From positions 12,648,001-12,712,000 of the forward strand of contig NC_092674.1 of the NCBI RefSeq assembly GCF_964355755.1: DNA of 64,000 nt, read 5' to 3'. The notes under the pieces are model-generated. The model made no database searches. It was given only the letters and a program-made list of their open reading frames with translations, and was not told where the DNA came from. Of this stretch, positions 13,232 to 26,462 are shown in pieces. Both the position numbers and the translations under genes were made by a program. Source of the stretch: Antedon mediterranea (taxonomy: Eukaryota > Animalia > Echinodermata). How positions within the stretch are numbered: position 1 is the stretch's first letter; each line of letters starts with the position of its first letter.

Positions 13232-13772
13232 CTGAAATATTACAAACATTATGTTATAGTATTTTCTCTCTCTAAACAAAGAATTATAATATTGTCCTAA
13301 AATCAATACGATGTGATCAATTAAAAATGACGTTATAGATTTAAATAATGCTACATTGTTAAATTGAATAAAGAGTATTAAGCCTTTTCTTTAAGATAAT
13401 GTATTGTATACGTATACATTTTTCTTTCTTGTATAACAATGTTTTATAGTGCTTTATAAATGTATAAAACAATTATAAATAAGTGTGTTTTTTTGCCTGA
13501 AAAGTAAACACTTCATCCGGTATTGCTAACTAGTCCGAGTGTAAATTATGATAAAGTGACCTTTGAACTGGCAGTTACAATTTAAAATATATCTAGGCTC
13601 CAAATTCTGTTCAGGTAACACATTTTGACTGCTAAATTCTTACTATTGGTTTAATGTTACCGTTACTCTGGAGGAGATATATGTCTTTTTTAAATGTTTT
13701 ATAAAATCAAATAAAAATCTCGATTTATATCCATTTATTGTATCATTTTGCATAAAATACAGTGTTGCTCTA

Positions 13773-16125
13773 CACACTAAAAAAAAAAGGTGCAAATCTC
13801 TACCTAAAAAGGTGCAAACCGATGCAACAATAGCAGCTCCCTTTAAGGTGCACAACTGCACCTTTGACGGAAGGTGCAATTTTGAACCCTGATAAAGGGT
13901 GCTATAATGCTCCTTTGGAGTTCAAATTTGCACCATATAAGGTGTAATTTTCTACCCTAAAAGGTGCAAACTAAATGCAACAATAGCAGCTCCCCAAAGG
14001 AGCAAAATTCAACCTCTAAATAAAGGTGCAACTTTACACCCTAATAAAAGGTTCAATAATGCTCCTCTAAGATTCAAATTTCTGTTAAAAAGGTGCACAA
14101 ATAAAAATCACTAAAATACAAAAAAATATTGATTAAGCTTTGTATAATTTTATTCAACTTTAAAACATTACATTATTCAATTCAACTGCTGAATTAATGG
14201 ATGGCAATTACCAGTCTCTGCACCTTAAATAGAGTGTGGCCATCTCTTCTCAAACCAACAATAGGCCTATTGTTAAAATTATCTAATGATGACATCTTTG
14301 GCAGTTATATTCTCTTCTTATCCCCATATATCTGAAACAGTGTTCTTGATGTCTGGTTCACCTTTTCCGAACATTTTCATCTGATTATGTACTTTCCTAA
14401 AAAGCATGAAATAGGAAGGGAAACTATTATATTAATATTATCATTAATATGACAACATCATACAATACATTATTGACATTGTTCTGATTTTTAATGTCAA
14501 ATTACCTTGACCACATGCTTCACATACTTTAAAGTATGTTCCTCTCCCTTTCCTCAGCTCGTAGTATAGTAGGCCCTATATACTAGAGTATTACACATGT
14601 GGTCACATTTCTTTCTCCTTTTCTGAACATCTATTGCTGCTGATTAGAGCAGAGGTGCTCTTTCATGTTTTAAACTTATTTTATCCCTCCATGACATCAT
14701 GTAGGCTGTAACTATAATTAAAAATAATGATAATTTGTATAAGAATTTAATATAGGCCTAGGCCTAATAATACCCAGCTACTGTAATAAGTAATATTAAT
14801 AACTAGGCCCCTGGCCTGTCTAGCTAGGCCTATTATTAATTATAGGCCTAGCCGGCTAGCTAGGCCTAGCTAGGACTGCTTTTAATTAAGTTTAAGGTCT
14901 AGGCCTACCTAGTAACCTATCTAATAAGGCATAGCTAGCCTATTAATGCCTAACCTACTAGCTAGACCCAGGTAAGTAGGCTAGGCCTAGTCTAGGACTA
15001 GCCCCCGCCCGAAAGGCTACTGTAGGCTAAGTAGGCCTCTAGACTGCCTACTTTAGGCTTAACCTAGCCTAGGCCTAATAGAGGCCGCCTAGATAGGCTA
15101 GGTAGGAGGCCTCTAGCTAGGCCTAGCTAGGGCCTAGCCATATTTATTTATTTAGCTATCATTTTTAAGTTTTAGGCCTAGCCTAGCTAGGCTTATAGGC
15201 CTATACAATAATTAATCTAATAAAAACAACCAAACTACATGCCTATAAAGCTTCGTTACCTACTTTTAACAGCTATCCTACACTGGAGAGGTGTGGGAGC
15301 TAGGCCTACCTAGGCCTAGTTTAATTTTATAGCCTGATTTTTTGGGCGCAAACTCCTCAATTCAAACTGCATGTTTAACAACCGCACGCGCTTAAAATTA
15401 TTGTTCAATTCCTGTTTCAAATAAATTTAGAACAGATGCCTACATTATGATATTAGATATTCTAATAATATTGTTAAATATGAAAGAAAAGTTTACTTAT
15501 TCTAGACTTAAGCAAACCAGAGTAAATAACCTCTGAAATTCAATATTTTAACAATTGTTTACAGACATCTTGCGTGCGCATACGGTACGAAAATTGTACA
15601 AAAAGGTGCTATTATGCACCCTAACTGATGTTAAACCTTATAGGGTGCCCAGTTGAACCTTTGAATTTATCATGTTAAAGGTATTAAACTTTAATTTTCA
15701 GTTACAAGCCAGCGACTTTCTAATGTTCCGTAAAAAAAAAGATTTGTTCGAATTCCGATAGCTGTCCCCACAAACCTATCTATATTATTATTAATCTTTC
15801 TTATTTTTGTTTTAACTTACCACAATGATGTCATTCTAAAAAAATTGTCCTTATCATCACCTTTTAAGCTTTTAGAAGTCCTTAAGTTAAACATATCAAG
15901 AAGCGTTCATTAATCTAATAGGTCTTATTTGTCACACAGTCACCATGGCCTACTTGGGCCTTTGCGGTGCAGTTCTGCACCTTTTTATACTTGTCTGCAT
16001 TTTTCGATATAAAAGGTGCAAAAATAAACCTTTTATGAACTCTGCACCATTTTATGAGAAAAGGGCGCAAATTAGCACCCTTTTATAGGTTTGCACCTTT
16101 TATTGCACCTTTAGTTTTAAGTGTG
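13773..16125. mobile_element. Non-autonomous EnSpm/CACTA (CMC)-like DNA transposon
   Basis: CACACT...AGTGTG ends; 2-bp TSD TA; many subterminal AAAGGTGCA motifs in opposite orientation at the two ends; empty sites at ~12815 and ~58040. Confidence 0.8.
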
Positions 16126-16202
16126 TACAGCACAATACAATGCAACAACAAAAAACTGAAAAAACCACGACACGTCATTCTCTAACATCCAGTGCCCTAA
16201 AA

Positions 16203-16517
16203 AGGTAAAGGTAAAGTCGAAACCTAAGCTAATGCTAACGGCCGTGGTGCCCATCTCCATTTCCTTAGCGTTTGGGCCAGACTCCACTAAGTGTGTATGT
16301 TTGTGGGGGGTACGCCACTCCTCCCGCACAAACGAGTCTGATTTACCTTCCCAGTACTTTTTACATACCGGTACCCATTTCTATCACCTGGGTGGGGAGG
16401 AACAATGTGGATAAAGAATCTTGCTCAAGGACTCAACACTGCAGTGACCGAGCCGGGGCTTGAACCGACAACCTCTTGATTGCAAGTCCAATGCTCTAAC
16501 CACTGCGCCACAGTGCC
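16203..16517 (-). mobile_element. tRNA-derived SINE with a CORE-like central domain
   Basis: Minus strand: A box TGGCGCAGTGG, B box GGTTCAAGCC, then GTCCTTGAGCAAG...AAATGGGTACC and a (TTTACC)n tail. CAGTGCCCTAAA flanks both sides; empty site ~12876. Confidence 0.9.
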
Positions 16518-18474
16518 CTAAAGGCATATGGTATTACAATGATTACGGAAACTATTACGAGAGGTGATGGACCTTTTCTTTGAACGTCAAAATAGTGCAT
16601 TGGATATGTTGGGTCTTGCAAAATTGAAAGTGTTTCCTCAGTAAAGTCTCTTATAAAAATGAATCAAATTGAGATTTGCTTAATTATAAGTACTGTAGTC
16701 CTATACGTGAAGCATAACTAAAAATACGTTCCAGCTAATTCTTACATGTGGTCCGGGTAAACTATAAAACAATGAATAATGAGAATTCTTTCAAGGACAG
16801 ATTTATACAAAAAAAGACGTACATGCCTAATGGGAGGGTTAACTCCAAAATATTTGGATTTGTTTACGCAAAGGTAAAGCCTATTTGATATTAGGTTATT
16901 TTCCTTTTTTCTGGGTTACTGTATGGGTTAAAAATACTGTATGGGTTAAAAAGGACGTAAGATGTTAGTTTATTAGTATAGAGTACTGCAAACCATAATA
17001 GTAGGTGACATTTGTAATTGAGGGCGTTTTATTTGACACGACAGAGCATGTGAACTCCCCAAAAACGTACCGTATCATAATGTAGTATATTTTAAATTTT
17101 GACATGACATAATAAACATTGAAAGGTCTTTCTAACATATTTTATTCTCGGGGTACTCGGATGTTGTACTTAATTATTGTTTTATTTATTGTAATGCGCC
17201 GTGTTCTTTATATCTTTACATAGATTGTATATTGTTTTTTAATAAGCCGTGCGGAGGATTCAGGTATTTTCTCTTAGTATTAAAGGGTAACACCGCGGCT
17301 TTAAAATGTATATTACTTGTTATAAACTATAAACCTTTTAATCAACATTGGTAATAACCCTGCCTAATTTTAGACAGCACTCAGGCAAAAGCTAAGTAGC
17401 TTCTTTAATAAAAGAATTTCTATAAGACAATGCCACAGTACACGTGTGAAGTTGAACTAATTCGCCTTTAAAAATATCATAATTAAACTAAACTTTTTTA
17501 AATATCTGATAATTAGAGATGTGCGCGCGTGCAAATTAACAATATAAATTAATTTTTAATTACTAAAGCTAACATTATGTTTCCTATTCGAGAAACGATG
17601 TTGTTATAGGGACAACACTAAGTAGTTTGTGTAACTTCATACTAACGATATGTTGAAACATTATGTTATTTTATTTTTCTTTTACATAGACCTTCAGATA
17701 GTTTTAGCATTGATATTATGTTACTGAGGTGTAGTAGTATGCTACATACAATGTGGATTGTTGAACATTTTAATTTATTGATGATGAAAATTATATTATT
17801 ATTGTAACCGAATTTGTCATGATATACGATGAATTTAAATCAGTTTTTGCATTATGTTATAGTAGTATTATATTATTATTGTAACTGAATTAACATTGTT
17901 AAAGTTTTATAGAATACTGGTAAAATACTGGTAAGTAATGTCCCACACTCCACACTAAACTTGGCCATGTATTTAGTACTGAACATTGTATTACATTGAC
18001 AAGTCAGAATTTTATAATGTACTTGGTATGGAAACTATACTAAATGACCAAATAGTGACATACACTTTTGTCAAATCATTTCCTGTTTTGAATCGTTGGA
18101 TAGATTTAAACTATGAAAGTATTTTAACAATAATATTGTTTTTACATTATACGTATGATGTAGTAATTCTTTGCTTGTCAAGTAATGGTAAATGTATAAT
18201 TTGTATAGTGTCCCATATCGTATCTTTATGAACGCGTTATAATTTTTATTCTGTTCTGGTTTCACTATGTGTAAAAGTGAAGATCAAAATAATTAAAATG
18301 TTTGACTTAATCGTGATCTTTAAAATTATAATCATGAATAAATTGTCTCAATGATAATATTTAAAGTAATCTGTTCTTTATTTTATATGTCATTTGACCC
18401 AAGCCTAAATATGAAAGCATTCTTTAGAAAATAAATAGTAGGCCTACATAATCAGAATGTGGATATTGGTATAA

Positions 18475-19865
18475 TCTATATATAAATTTACGTAAGGGCA
18501 AAATTCGGTAAATCGCGCCTTACTTCTAGAATTTTCACTCGATGGTATGTAAAGTTGGTTCGTACTTTCGGTACTGATTTTAACCGCCTGATGTAAACCT
18601 GTTTACTAATTAAATTGAGTTAGATAATTAGTTATTGACGATTAAAACGAATTTAGGTTCAAAGATTTGCCCCAAATAGGGGTGTTTTCCGATCGTGGTA
18701 TACACTGTCTAATGGATGTCCATCTTGAAAAATACCCGCCAAAAAAATGCGAGGAGGCTTCGCATTTTTCTATCTCCTCCTACGATAATTGTTTTTAATA
18801 GCTGAAAACCGGTTGAACAGCTAGAGTACACCATCATAATGTTGAAGACAGGCCGATTTTCTTTAAAAAATACTATTTTGATAGATTTAATATACGATTA
18901 TACAAATGTATTGATTTGCGATGAATGGAACATCCCAATCTCTCAGTCTGCCAGAGTTTATTACATGTATCAAAATAGCATTTTTTAAAGAAAATCGGCC
19001 TGTCTTCAACATTATGATGCTGTACTCGAACTGTTCAACCGGTTTTCAGCTATTAAAAACAATTATCGTAGGAGGAAATAGGAAAATGCGAAGTGTCCTC
19101 GTATTATTGTGTGCGGGTATTTTTCAAATTGACATCCATTAGACAGTGTATACCACGATCGGAAAACACCCCCATTTGGGGCAAATCGTTGAACCTAAAT
19201 TCGTTCTAATCGTCAATAACTAATTATCGAACTCAATTTAATTAGTAAACAGGGTTACATCAGGTGGTTAAAATTTGTACCGAAAGTACGAACCAACTTT
19301 ATATACCATCGAGTAAACATTCTAGAAATAACGCACGATTTACAGATTTTTGCCCTTACGTAAATTTATATAAACATACGTCGTAGTGTATCGTTACATG
19401 TACTGTACTATTTCAATCGACTACGACGGTGATAGTTTCAACAAAGTATTACATCGCCATGTTTTACTGTGTTTAGTGGTATATTATTTTTAAAACATGT
19501 TAATTAATATTTCGTTACAAAATAAAGAATATATTTAAAAATTGTTCCTGTTTGCACCCATCCTCATCCCCATTCCTCAACCATAATGTTACATACAAAA
19601 CACAAATTAAGTTTGTTTAAATTTGACTTAAACAATTGGTCTCATTTAGTTTCTTTTTCGGAAGTAATTCCCAGTGTGCTAATTTTAGTTGAGTACATAA
19701 ATCACAGTGTCTATTTAATCGTTCCTGTAAACGACATATATTATTGTCCTGCATTATTGTACATTTGAAATCGCCAGTTTTTGAACGCTGACATTACTGT
19801 GTATTCGAGAACCATCTGTGGGCACGACCTAGATGGTACGCGAGCGAAGCGAGCGTACCATCTAG
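18475..19865 (+). mobile_element. Non-autonomous Helitron containing a palindromic insertion
   Basis: A|TC start; 3' hairpin CTAGATGGTACGC...GCGTACCATCTAG|T. Paralogous empty site GGTATAA|TATGAATAATT at ~22826 indicates insertion between A and T with no TSD. Confidence 0.85.
18479..19372. mobile_element. ~0.9-kb almost fully palindromic MITE/foldback element
   Basis: 18479-~18885 is the imperfect inverse of ~18968-19372; both ends lie in TATATA. Confidence 0.85.
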
Positions 19866-19889
19866 TAGGAATAATTTAATGACTTTCTC

Positions 19890-20925
19890 TCTTTAAACTG
19901 TGGTCATAAATTGCCTATTCTAACAGCGGCGTGTGAAAATAAAGCGAGTATGCCTGTGTGGAAAGGTTTAGTAGACAATAATATTACCGAAGTTTTGCGT
20001 GACTCTGGGTGTAGCAGTGTCGTGGTGAAACGATCCTTTGTGAAATCGGAACAACTAGCGGGAGAATTTAGTACGTGTGTATTGATAGATGGAACTGTAA
20101 GGCGTTTTCCTATAGCTAATATTAATATTAATACTCCATTTTTGTCAGGACCGGTAAAGGCGAGTTGTATGGAAAACCCTGTGTTTGGATTAATTATTGG
20201 AAACGTTACAGGGGTAATGGATCCGAATGATCCTGAAGAAAATTGGGCCCTTAAAAACGGTAGAAGAAAAGAGAATAAAATGTCGTTAATCAATGATATC
20301 GAAAATGCAGAACCATCCGGTGCCATGATGACTAGAAGCCAGCACAATTCCGTGAGAAAAACCCTTAAACAATTAAAAGTAGCTACTCCTATAACAATTT
20401 ATGTGACTCATGAAAGATTAATCGAAGACCAGTATAATGATTTTACATTGGGGAAAGTTAGAGATTTGGCCAAAAAGGGGAGAAAAACAAATGACTAGAA
20501 ATGGAAATTACTTTTAATACATATTTAGTGACGGAATTTTGTGGAGAGAGTTGTTGTCTCCTAAGGTGGAATTCGGTAATTTAGTAAGACAAGTAGTTGT
20601 TCCTAAAACTTTTAGAGGGGTAGTTTTGCAGTGGGCCCATGAATCTGTATTAGGTGGTCACCTCGGTGTTAAGAAATTCACTGACAACATTTTAACAATT
20701 TTTTTTTGGCCTGGGTTGCAATCCGATGTACGTAGATTTTGCCAGTTGTGCGACATATGACAGCAAACCGTATCTAAAGGAGGGGTCCTTAAAGTACCAT
20801 TGGGCAAAATACCTACAATCGAGGAACCGTTCGAAAGAGTAGGTGTAGATTTAGTAGGGCCAATTAAACCCATGACAAAAAGGGGACATCGATATATTTT
20901 GGTGTTGATAGATTATGCGACAAAA
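19890..20925 (+). mobile_element. Ty3/Gypsy pol fragment, Gmr1-like (protease directly followed by integrase)
   Basis: VLRDSGCSSVVV aspartic protease; H-x6-H...C-x2-C zinc motif (AHESVLGGHLG...FCQLC); PFERVGVDLVGP...RYILVLIDYAT integrase core start; stops and frameshifts; no LTR seen. Confidence 0.85.
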
Positions 20926-21774
20926 GAAAACAAACAAAAACAGCTATTTTGTGGAGGTTTTTTCAATGTAACTTTCTTATAAATTGACCGGTTTTTATGG
21001 CTGTTTCGACATTGTAATGCCTAATTGAGTACCTACAATGTCATGTTATTTTTAATTGTTAAAAAAACTTTAAACGTCGTCGGCATTGATTTTTAAAGTT
21101 AGACGATTTGAAAATTGTGTTAAAGAATAGGCTTGTTTTGTCAATTTGTACATAAACGTTTATAACGTTTGACCTAGTTATCCAATGATATTGGCTGTTC
21201 CACCATGCAAAAGCTAATCAATCAATTACGAAATGTAAGAGTTATTATCCCTTATTTTTAATATGTTAAATGTATTTAAGATTAAGGTACAGGATTCTTT
21301 ATATAAGTAGTTTTAAAACACTTGGTTTATTTGAAAATCACCATCGTGGCTTTGCCGTATTGGTGGACTCGTCCATTTTACTAATATGAATAGGATTGTA
21401 GCACATTATAAAACGTTGAATTTGACCTATACGGTTTCCATTTCTGTTTTCTAATGTAAAATTAAAATTATATTATTAGTATCTCTATGTAATATAATCA
21501 CATTGTACTATACTAGTTAGCATCTACATACCGTTATACTGCACTTTGTTTTGATGATTTTTTAATGAAATTGTATACACAGGGAGTTGGTATACCATTG
21601 GTTCTACGAAAATTATTATTACTTTTATTTGTTTGTGCAATATTTGAAGATTGCTACAAAAATAGAAATATACTTTAAATATAATATATTTAACAGATTA
21701 AGTGTACGCACTATGTCCTATGGAACAGATTACCTATCGGACGTAGTTTAGTATGACACATCTGATATTCTATT

Positions 21775-22850
21775 ATTATAATTATTTTGTTTTATTTATT
21801 GTAATGCGCCGTGTTCTTTATATTTTTGATTGTATATTGTTTTTCAATAAGCCGTGCGGAGGATTCAGGTAATTTCTCTTAGTATTAAAGGGTAACACCA
21901 CGGCTTTAAAATGTATATTGCTTATTATAAAATATAAACCTTTTAATCAACATTGGTATAACCGTCCCTAATTTTAGACAGCACTCAGGCAAAGGTTTAG
22001 TAGCTTCTTTAAAAAAAAGTTGTTCTATAAGACAATACTACAGTCTGTACGCGTGTGAAGTGGAACTAATTCGCCGTTAAATACTAGTTTTAAAATACCA
22101 TAGTTAATTAACCTTTTAAATAGCTGATAATCAAAGATGTGCGCGCGTGCAAATTAACAATATAAATTAATATTTATTTACAGAAGCTAACATTATGTTT
22201 TCTATTCGAAAAACGTTGTTGTTATGGAACACAGTAAGTGATTGGTGTAACTTCACACTAACGATATATCGAAACATTATATTAATTAGTCTCCTTTATA
22301 TAGACCTTGGTCATATGCGATGATTTGAAATTCAGATAATTTTAGTATTGATATTATGTTAATGAGGTGTAGTAGTATGCTACATGCAATGTGGATTGTT
22401 AAACATTTTAATTTATTGATGATACAAAGTACATTATTATTGTAATCGAATTAGTCATGATATACGATGAATTTAAATCAGTGTTTGCATAATGTTATGA
22501 GGTATAGTGGTATTATATTATTATTGTAACCGAATTAACATTTTTAATGTTTTATAGAATACAAATACTGGTACGTAATGTCCGACACTCCACACTAAAC
22601 ATGGCCATGCATTTAATACTAAACATTGTATTACATTACATGTCAGAATGTTATGACTTACTTTGTATCGAAACTATACTGAATGACCAAAAGAAGACAT
22701 ATACTGTTGTCAAATCATATCCTTTTTTGTATCGTTGGATAGTTTAGACCCAACCCTAAGTAATATGAAAGCAATATTTAGAAAATAAATATTATATCTA
22801 TAATCCGAATGTGGATATTGGTATAATATGAATAATTAAACAACTTTCTC
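21775..22850. repeat. Exon-less duplicate of part of the ankyrin intron unit
   Basis: Homologous in direct orientation to ~17170-18475, ~44455-45300 and ~58845-59740. Confidence 0.85.
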
Positions 22851-25366
22851 TATGGGCTTCCGAATTAAGTGAAGTAAACATTATTTTATTATGACGTACA
22901 TTAGTAACGTTTTACCGCTACTTTTAATGAAGATAATCATGTCACTACTAATCACCAGATGTAAACAACAAACGCAGCGCATCAGAGGCCGTTTGGATCC
23001 GACGAAGAGGAACCCAACCCATCAACAGAGACGAAGGCGCCCATCAGACACGTGAATGAACCTGTCATTTCTTCTGAAGGATCTGTCCGAGCAGGACAGC
23101 GAAATTCCCAAGCAGGTTAGTTTCACTAATTGTTTTTTTTTTCCGAAAATAATTAATACATTTCACATGCCGTATCGTTACATAAAATGCAGAGTGTATA
23201 TAATCTCCGCGAAGCCATATTAGTTATGTCATTAACATGCATACTAGTCTAGGACAAATATCAAGGCCTAGAAATCAAGATAATAATAATAATATTAATA
23301 AGATAGGGGAAGTGGAATGCTACAGGCAGCCAACATAGCCAAATATTCTATTTCATCTCTTCTGATCACTCTAAGCTTTGTTGACACAATATTTTGCCTA
23401 GACTATAGTCGTCTTATACTAATACCGGTACGTGTAATTTTCACATGATATTACGCTTTTCCGCTAGACAACATCGACCAAAAATCTCATCCCCTCCCCT
23501 TAAAACTCATGTCTACTATTCTGTTGTACCATGATACCATGATACATTTCAACAAACATTCTTGTTTTGAAGATGTCGATATCTTGTCACCTCTGCTTAT
23601 CATTACTGTCTCAAAATAATCCACGTCAACATTGGCAAATGGTGGGGTACCGCATGTTTTGACTTATTTTTCTCTTTTCCTTTATATTTAACTAGCAATT
23701 ATACCCGCCCCAAGCCGGGTTTCAAAATTAGTTTAAAGTCTTCTCTGTACATAACACCCGACGCCAGTATCTCCGTATACGCACCAACCTCCACCACTTA
23801 ATAACACCCCACACTCTTTCCAGTGAAGGACAAATTCAATTAAACTTTATCTTCAAATTGAGAGGGCATACATAATAGCTATGATAGGCATATGGCTTAA
23901 GTACGTTGTAAACTATGTAAATGAGTAGGTGATATATTGGCTGATAATTAAAATATATAATGTTGATACTGCGGTCCCCCGGTCTTCTTTCTCCTCTCAC
24001 CATCGCAGCCGCAATTAACAAACCTTACCTCCTCCCCTGGACAGTTCAAATATAGGCCTAGTAAGTTTTCGTAGTACAATTCAATCATATAGGCCTAGGC
24101 TACTTCATTACGCCAGTATTTTCGCTCCTCTTCCCAACCCACCCCAGAAACCGGGTAATGTTTTTAAGACGGTTCCAGTACAAATTATTTTAGCCATCAC
24201 TCCCAACCCATAATCCCTCAGTGGCAGTTTTCAAATGTAGTTTAAAACATTCCCAGTTTTGGTCATGGTGATAGGCCAACATCCCCACCCAAAAATCCCA
24301 GCCGTTTCCCAGGAATAATTAAATACTGTAACATTTTCCCTCCACAATTCTGGTCAATTTGATAGGCTACTATTCTTAGCCTAAGCAAAATCCCCACTAT
24401 CCCCAACGCGATTTTTTTTTCGTACATAAGTTGGGGACCCCTCATGAAACGTCACAAAATAAACATGAATAATTCATCAGTTAAATTTTCTTGCTCCGTG
24501 TGCACCCAAGCGTATAAAAGAATAGCGGCGTTTTGTGTGGAATTTTGAAATAATCTGTCATTAGTTTTTTTTTTTTTTTAATAGAATTTATTACTAAAGA
24601 ATTACGTGTTAAAATTATAGTTTCTATTAATACTATTAGGCCTAATCATTAGTCTCGAAAATGCCGGTCAGATATACAAAAAAAGTTACAAGGAATAAAT
24701 TAGCAATTGTCAACTGCATACTCATCCATCAAACTAGCCGCCATCGAGAAAATATTCAATTCCATGAATCTTATGAGGGTTATTTTTTTAGGAACAATAG
24801 TACTTGTTTTATTTGTTTTGGCAATTAACACTTTGACTGCCAGAGGTTTTTCCAGTTAGAAACTGCCACCGCCAGCGTTTTTAGCCCAATTCGATGTTTT
24901 TATTAAAGCTGATTGAAACCATGTATGTGATCTGATTTATATGTAATTTAGACTAAAATAATCATAAAGATTTTAGCTTTACAATGGTACCAAGAACGAT
25001 TTTTAAATTGCAATATGTAAATCGTAATAGTAAAATGAAAGTAACCCACTTTTTGAATTTTTCGTAGTTTCGCGCAAGAAAGTCGAGATAATCGCGATTT
25101 TGTGCAAGACATCACAATATGAAAATATCGCCCGGTGAGATCAACAAACAACAAAAAAGTTACTTACACGGCACCGATAGGCCTATAAAAACAAGTTATC
25201 ACTATCGAAAAATGTATTACATTTTATGAATCATAAATCTTACATCAATGTTTCGCCAAAATCCACATAGTAAAGACACCAGGCTTAGTTAACCAGGCCT
25301 AAAGTTGGTCCGGAACCGTTTTACGACTAGGGCTAGGCTAGCCTAGTACTACTAGCCTAGGCCTAA

Positions 25367-26462
25367 GACCCCATTTACACTTCAGCTTTTAGCGAGCCCG
25401 AGGCCGGCTCGAGGCCGGCTCCGAGCCAAAAGTGCACAAGTGTAAACACTCTGGGAACAACCGAGCCGGCCTCGAGCCGGCTCAATTTTGAGCCTAGTCT
25501 AGAGTAGGCTTCGGGCCGGCAATTGCGGGCTTCGGGCCGGCACTTCGTATAGTGTAAACACTCGCGGTCATAAAATGAACGTTCTGTGTCAACTATAGCT
25601 TTAAGTTTACGAAACTTATTGCTGATGAATCGGAAATTCTTCATTGAAATTAAATTGGTGAAGATGTATACGCCTTTTTCACGATCTATGACAAACAATG
25701 CCGTGTGCAACGAAGCGTAACCAACAGAAATAACATAGCGTTTTCAGGGGATTTCAGGACACCATGCGGCGCCTGCCTATGCTTATAAACTGTGGTGTTT
25801 TTTTCGATGGACTTAAGAAGTGAAAAAAAAAATTATAATTTTTTTTAATCACACAGTTCTATAGGCTAATCTTTAAAGAACATTTTACAGTAAAAATTTT
25901 GTCCATACGACTGTCCGTTGAGAAGTTACGAATTTTTAAGTAACTTATCCTCCGAAAATAGGCTGAAAACGCTATGTTATTTCTGTTGGTTACGCTTCGT
26001 TGAACTGCATTGTTTGTGTTGTCATCGATCATGGAGTAAAGAATCATCGATCGAAGATGTCTTCCGTTTCGTGAAAAAGGCGTATGATCTACTACTATTC
26101 TTTAGAAAACGAGACGCAAACATTAGTAGTAAAGCAATAATGCAATTGTTTTGATCCATATTAAATACCGTTATTTGATTCTTTTTTGATAAAGTTGATA
26201 GGCCTAGGCCTAGTGTAGATCGACAACGCTTATAATGGGCTTATAATATTAACTTTTTAAGACGCACATGAGCGGATATGACGTGAATGTAGCGAAATCG
26301 TATCATCGAGCACTCTTCCGCGAGAGCAAGTGTAAACGCAATAGTAAGGGCCCGAGGCCGGCTTTTTGGGTAAGTGTAAACACATTGAGGGCTAAAAAGA
26401 AAGCCGGCGTCGGGCCGACTTCGGGCCGGCTAAGAAATCGTCGATGAAGTGTAAATGGGGTC
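25367..26462. mobile_element. PIF/Harbinger MITE nested in the piggyBac element
   Basis: TIR GACCCCATTTACACTTCA / TGAAGTGTAAATGGGGTC; TSD TAA; subterminal GGCCGG and GTGTAAAC repeats. Confidence 0.85.
25668..26085. mobile_element. Small MITE nested in the Harbinger MITE
   Basis: ATACGCCTTTTTCACGA / TCGTGAAAAAGGCGTAT ends plus an internal ~60-bp inverted match (CAACGAAGCGTAACCAACAGAAATAACATAGCGTTTTCAG). Confidence 0.7.

Noticed and set aside
16440-16517. tRNA gene on the minus strand
   Set aside because: The A/B boxes continue into a SINE body, tandem tail and flanking duplication; no proper acceptor stem.
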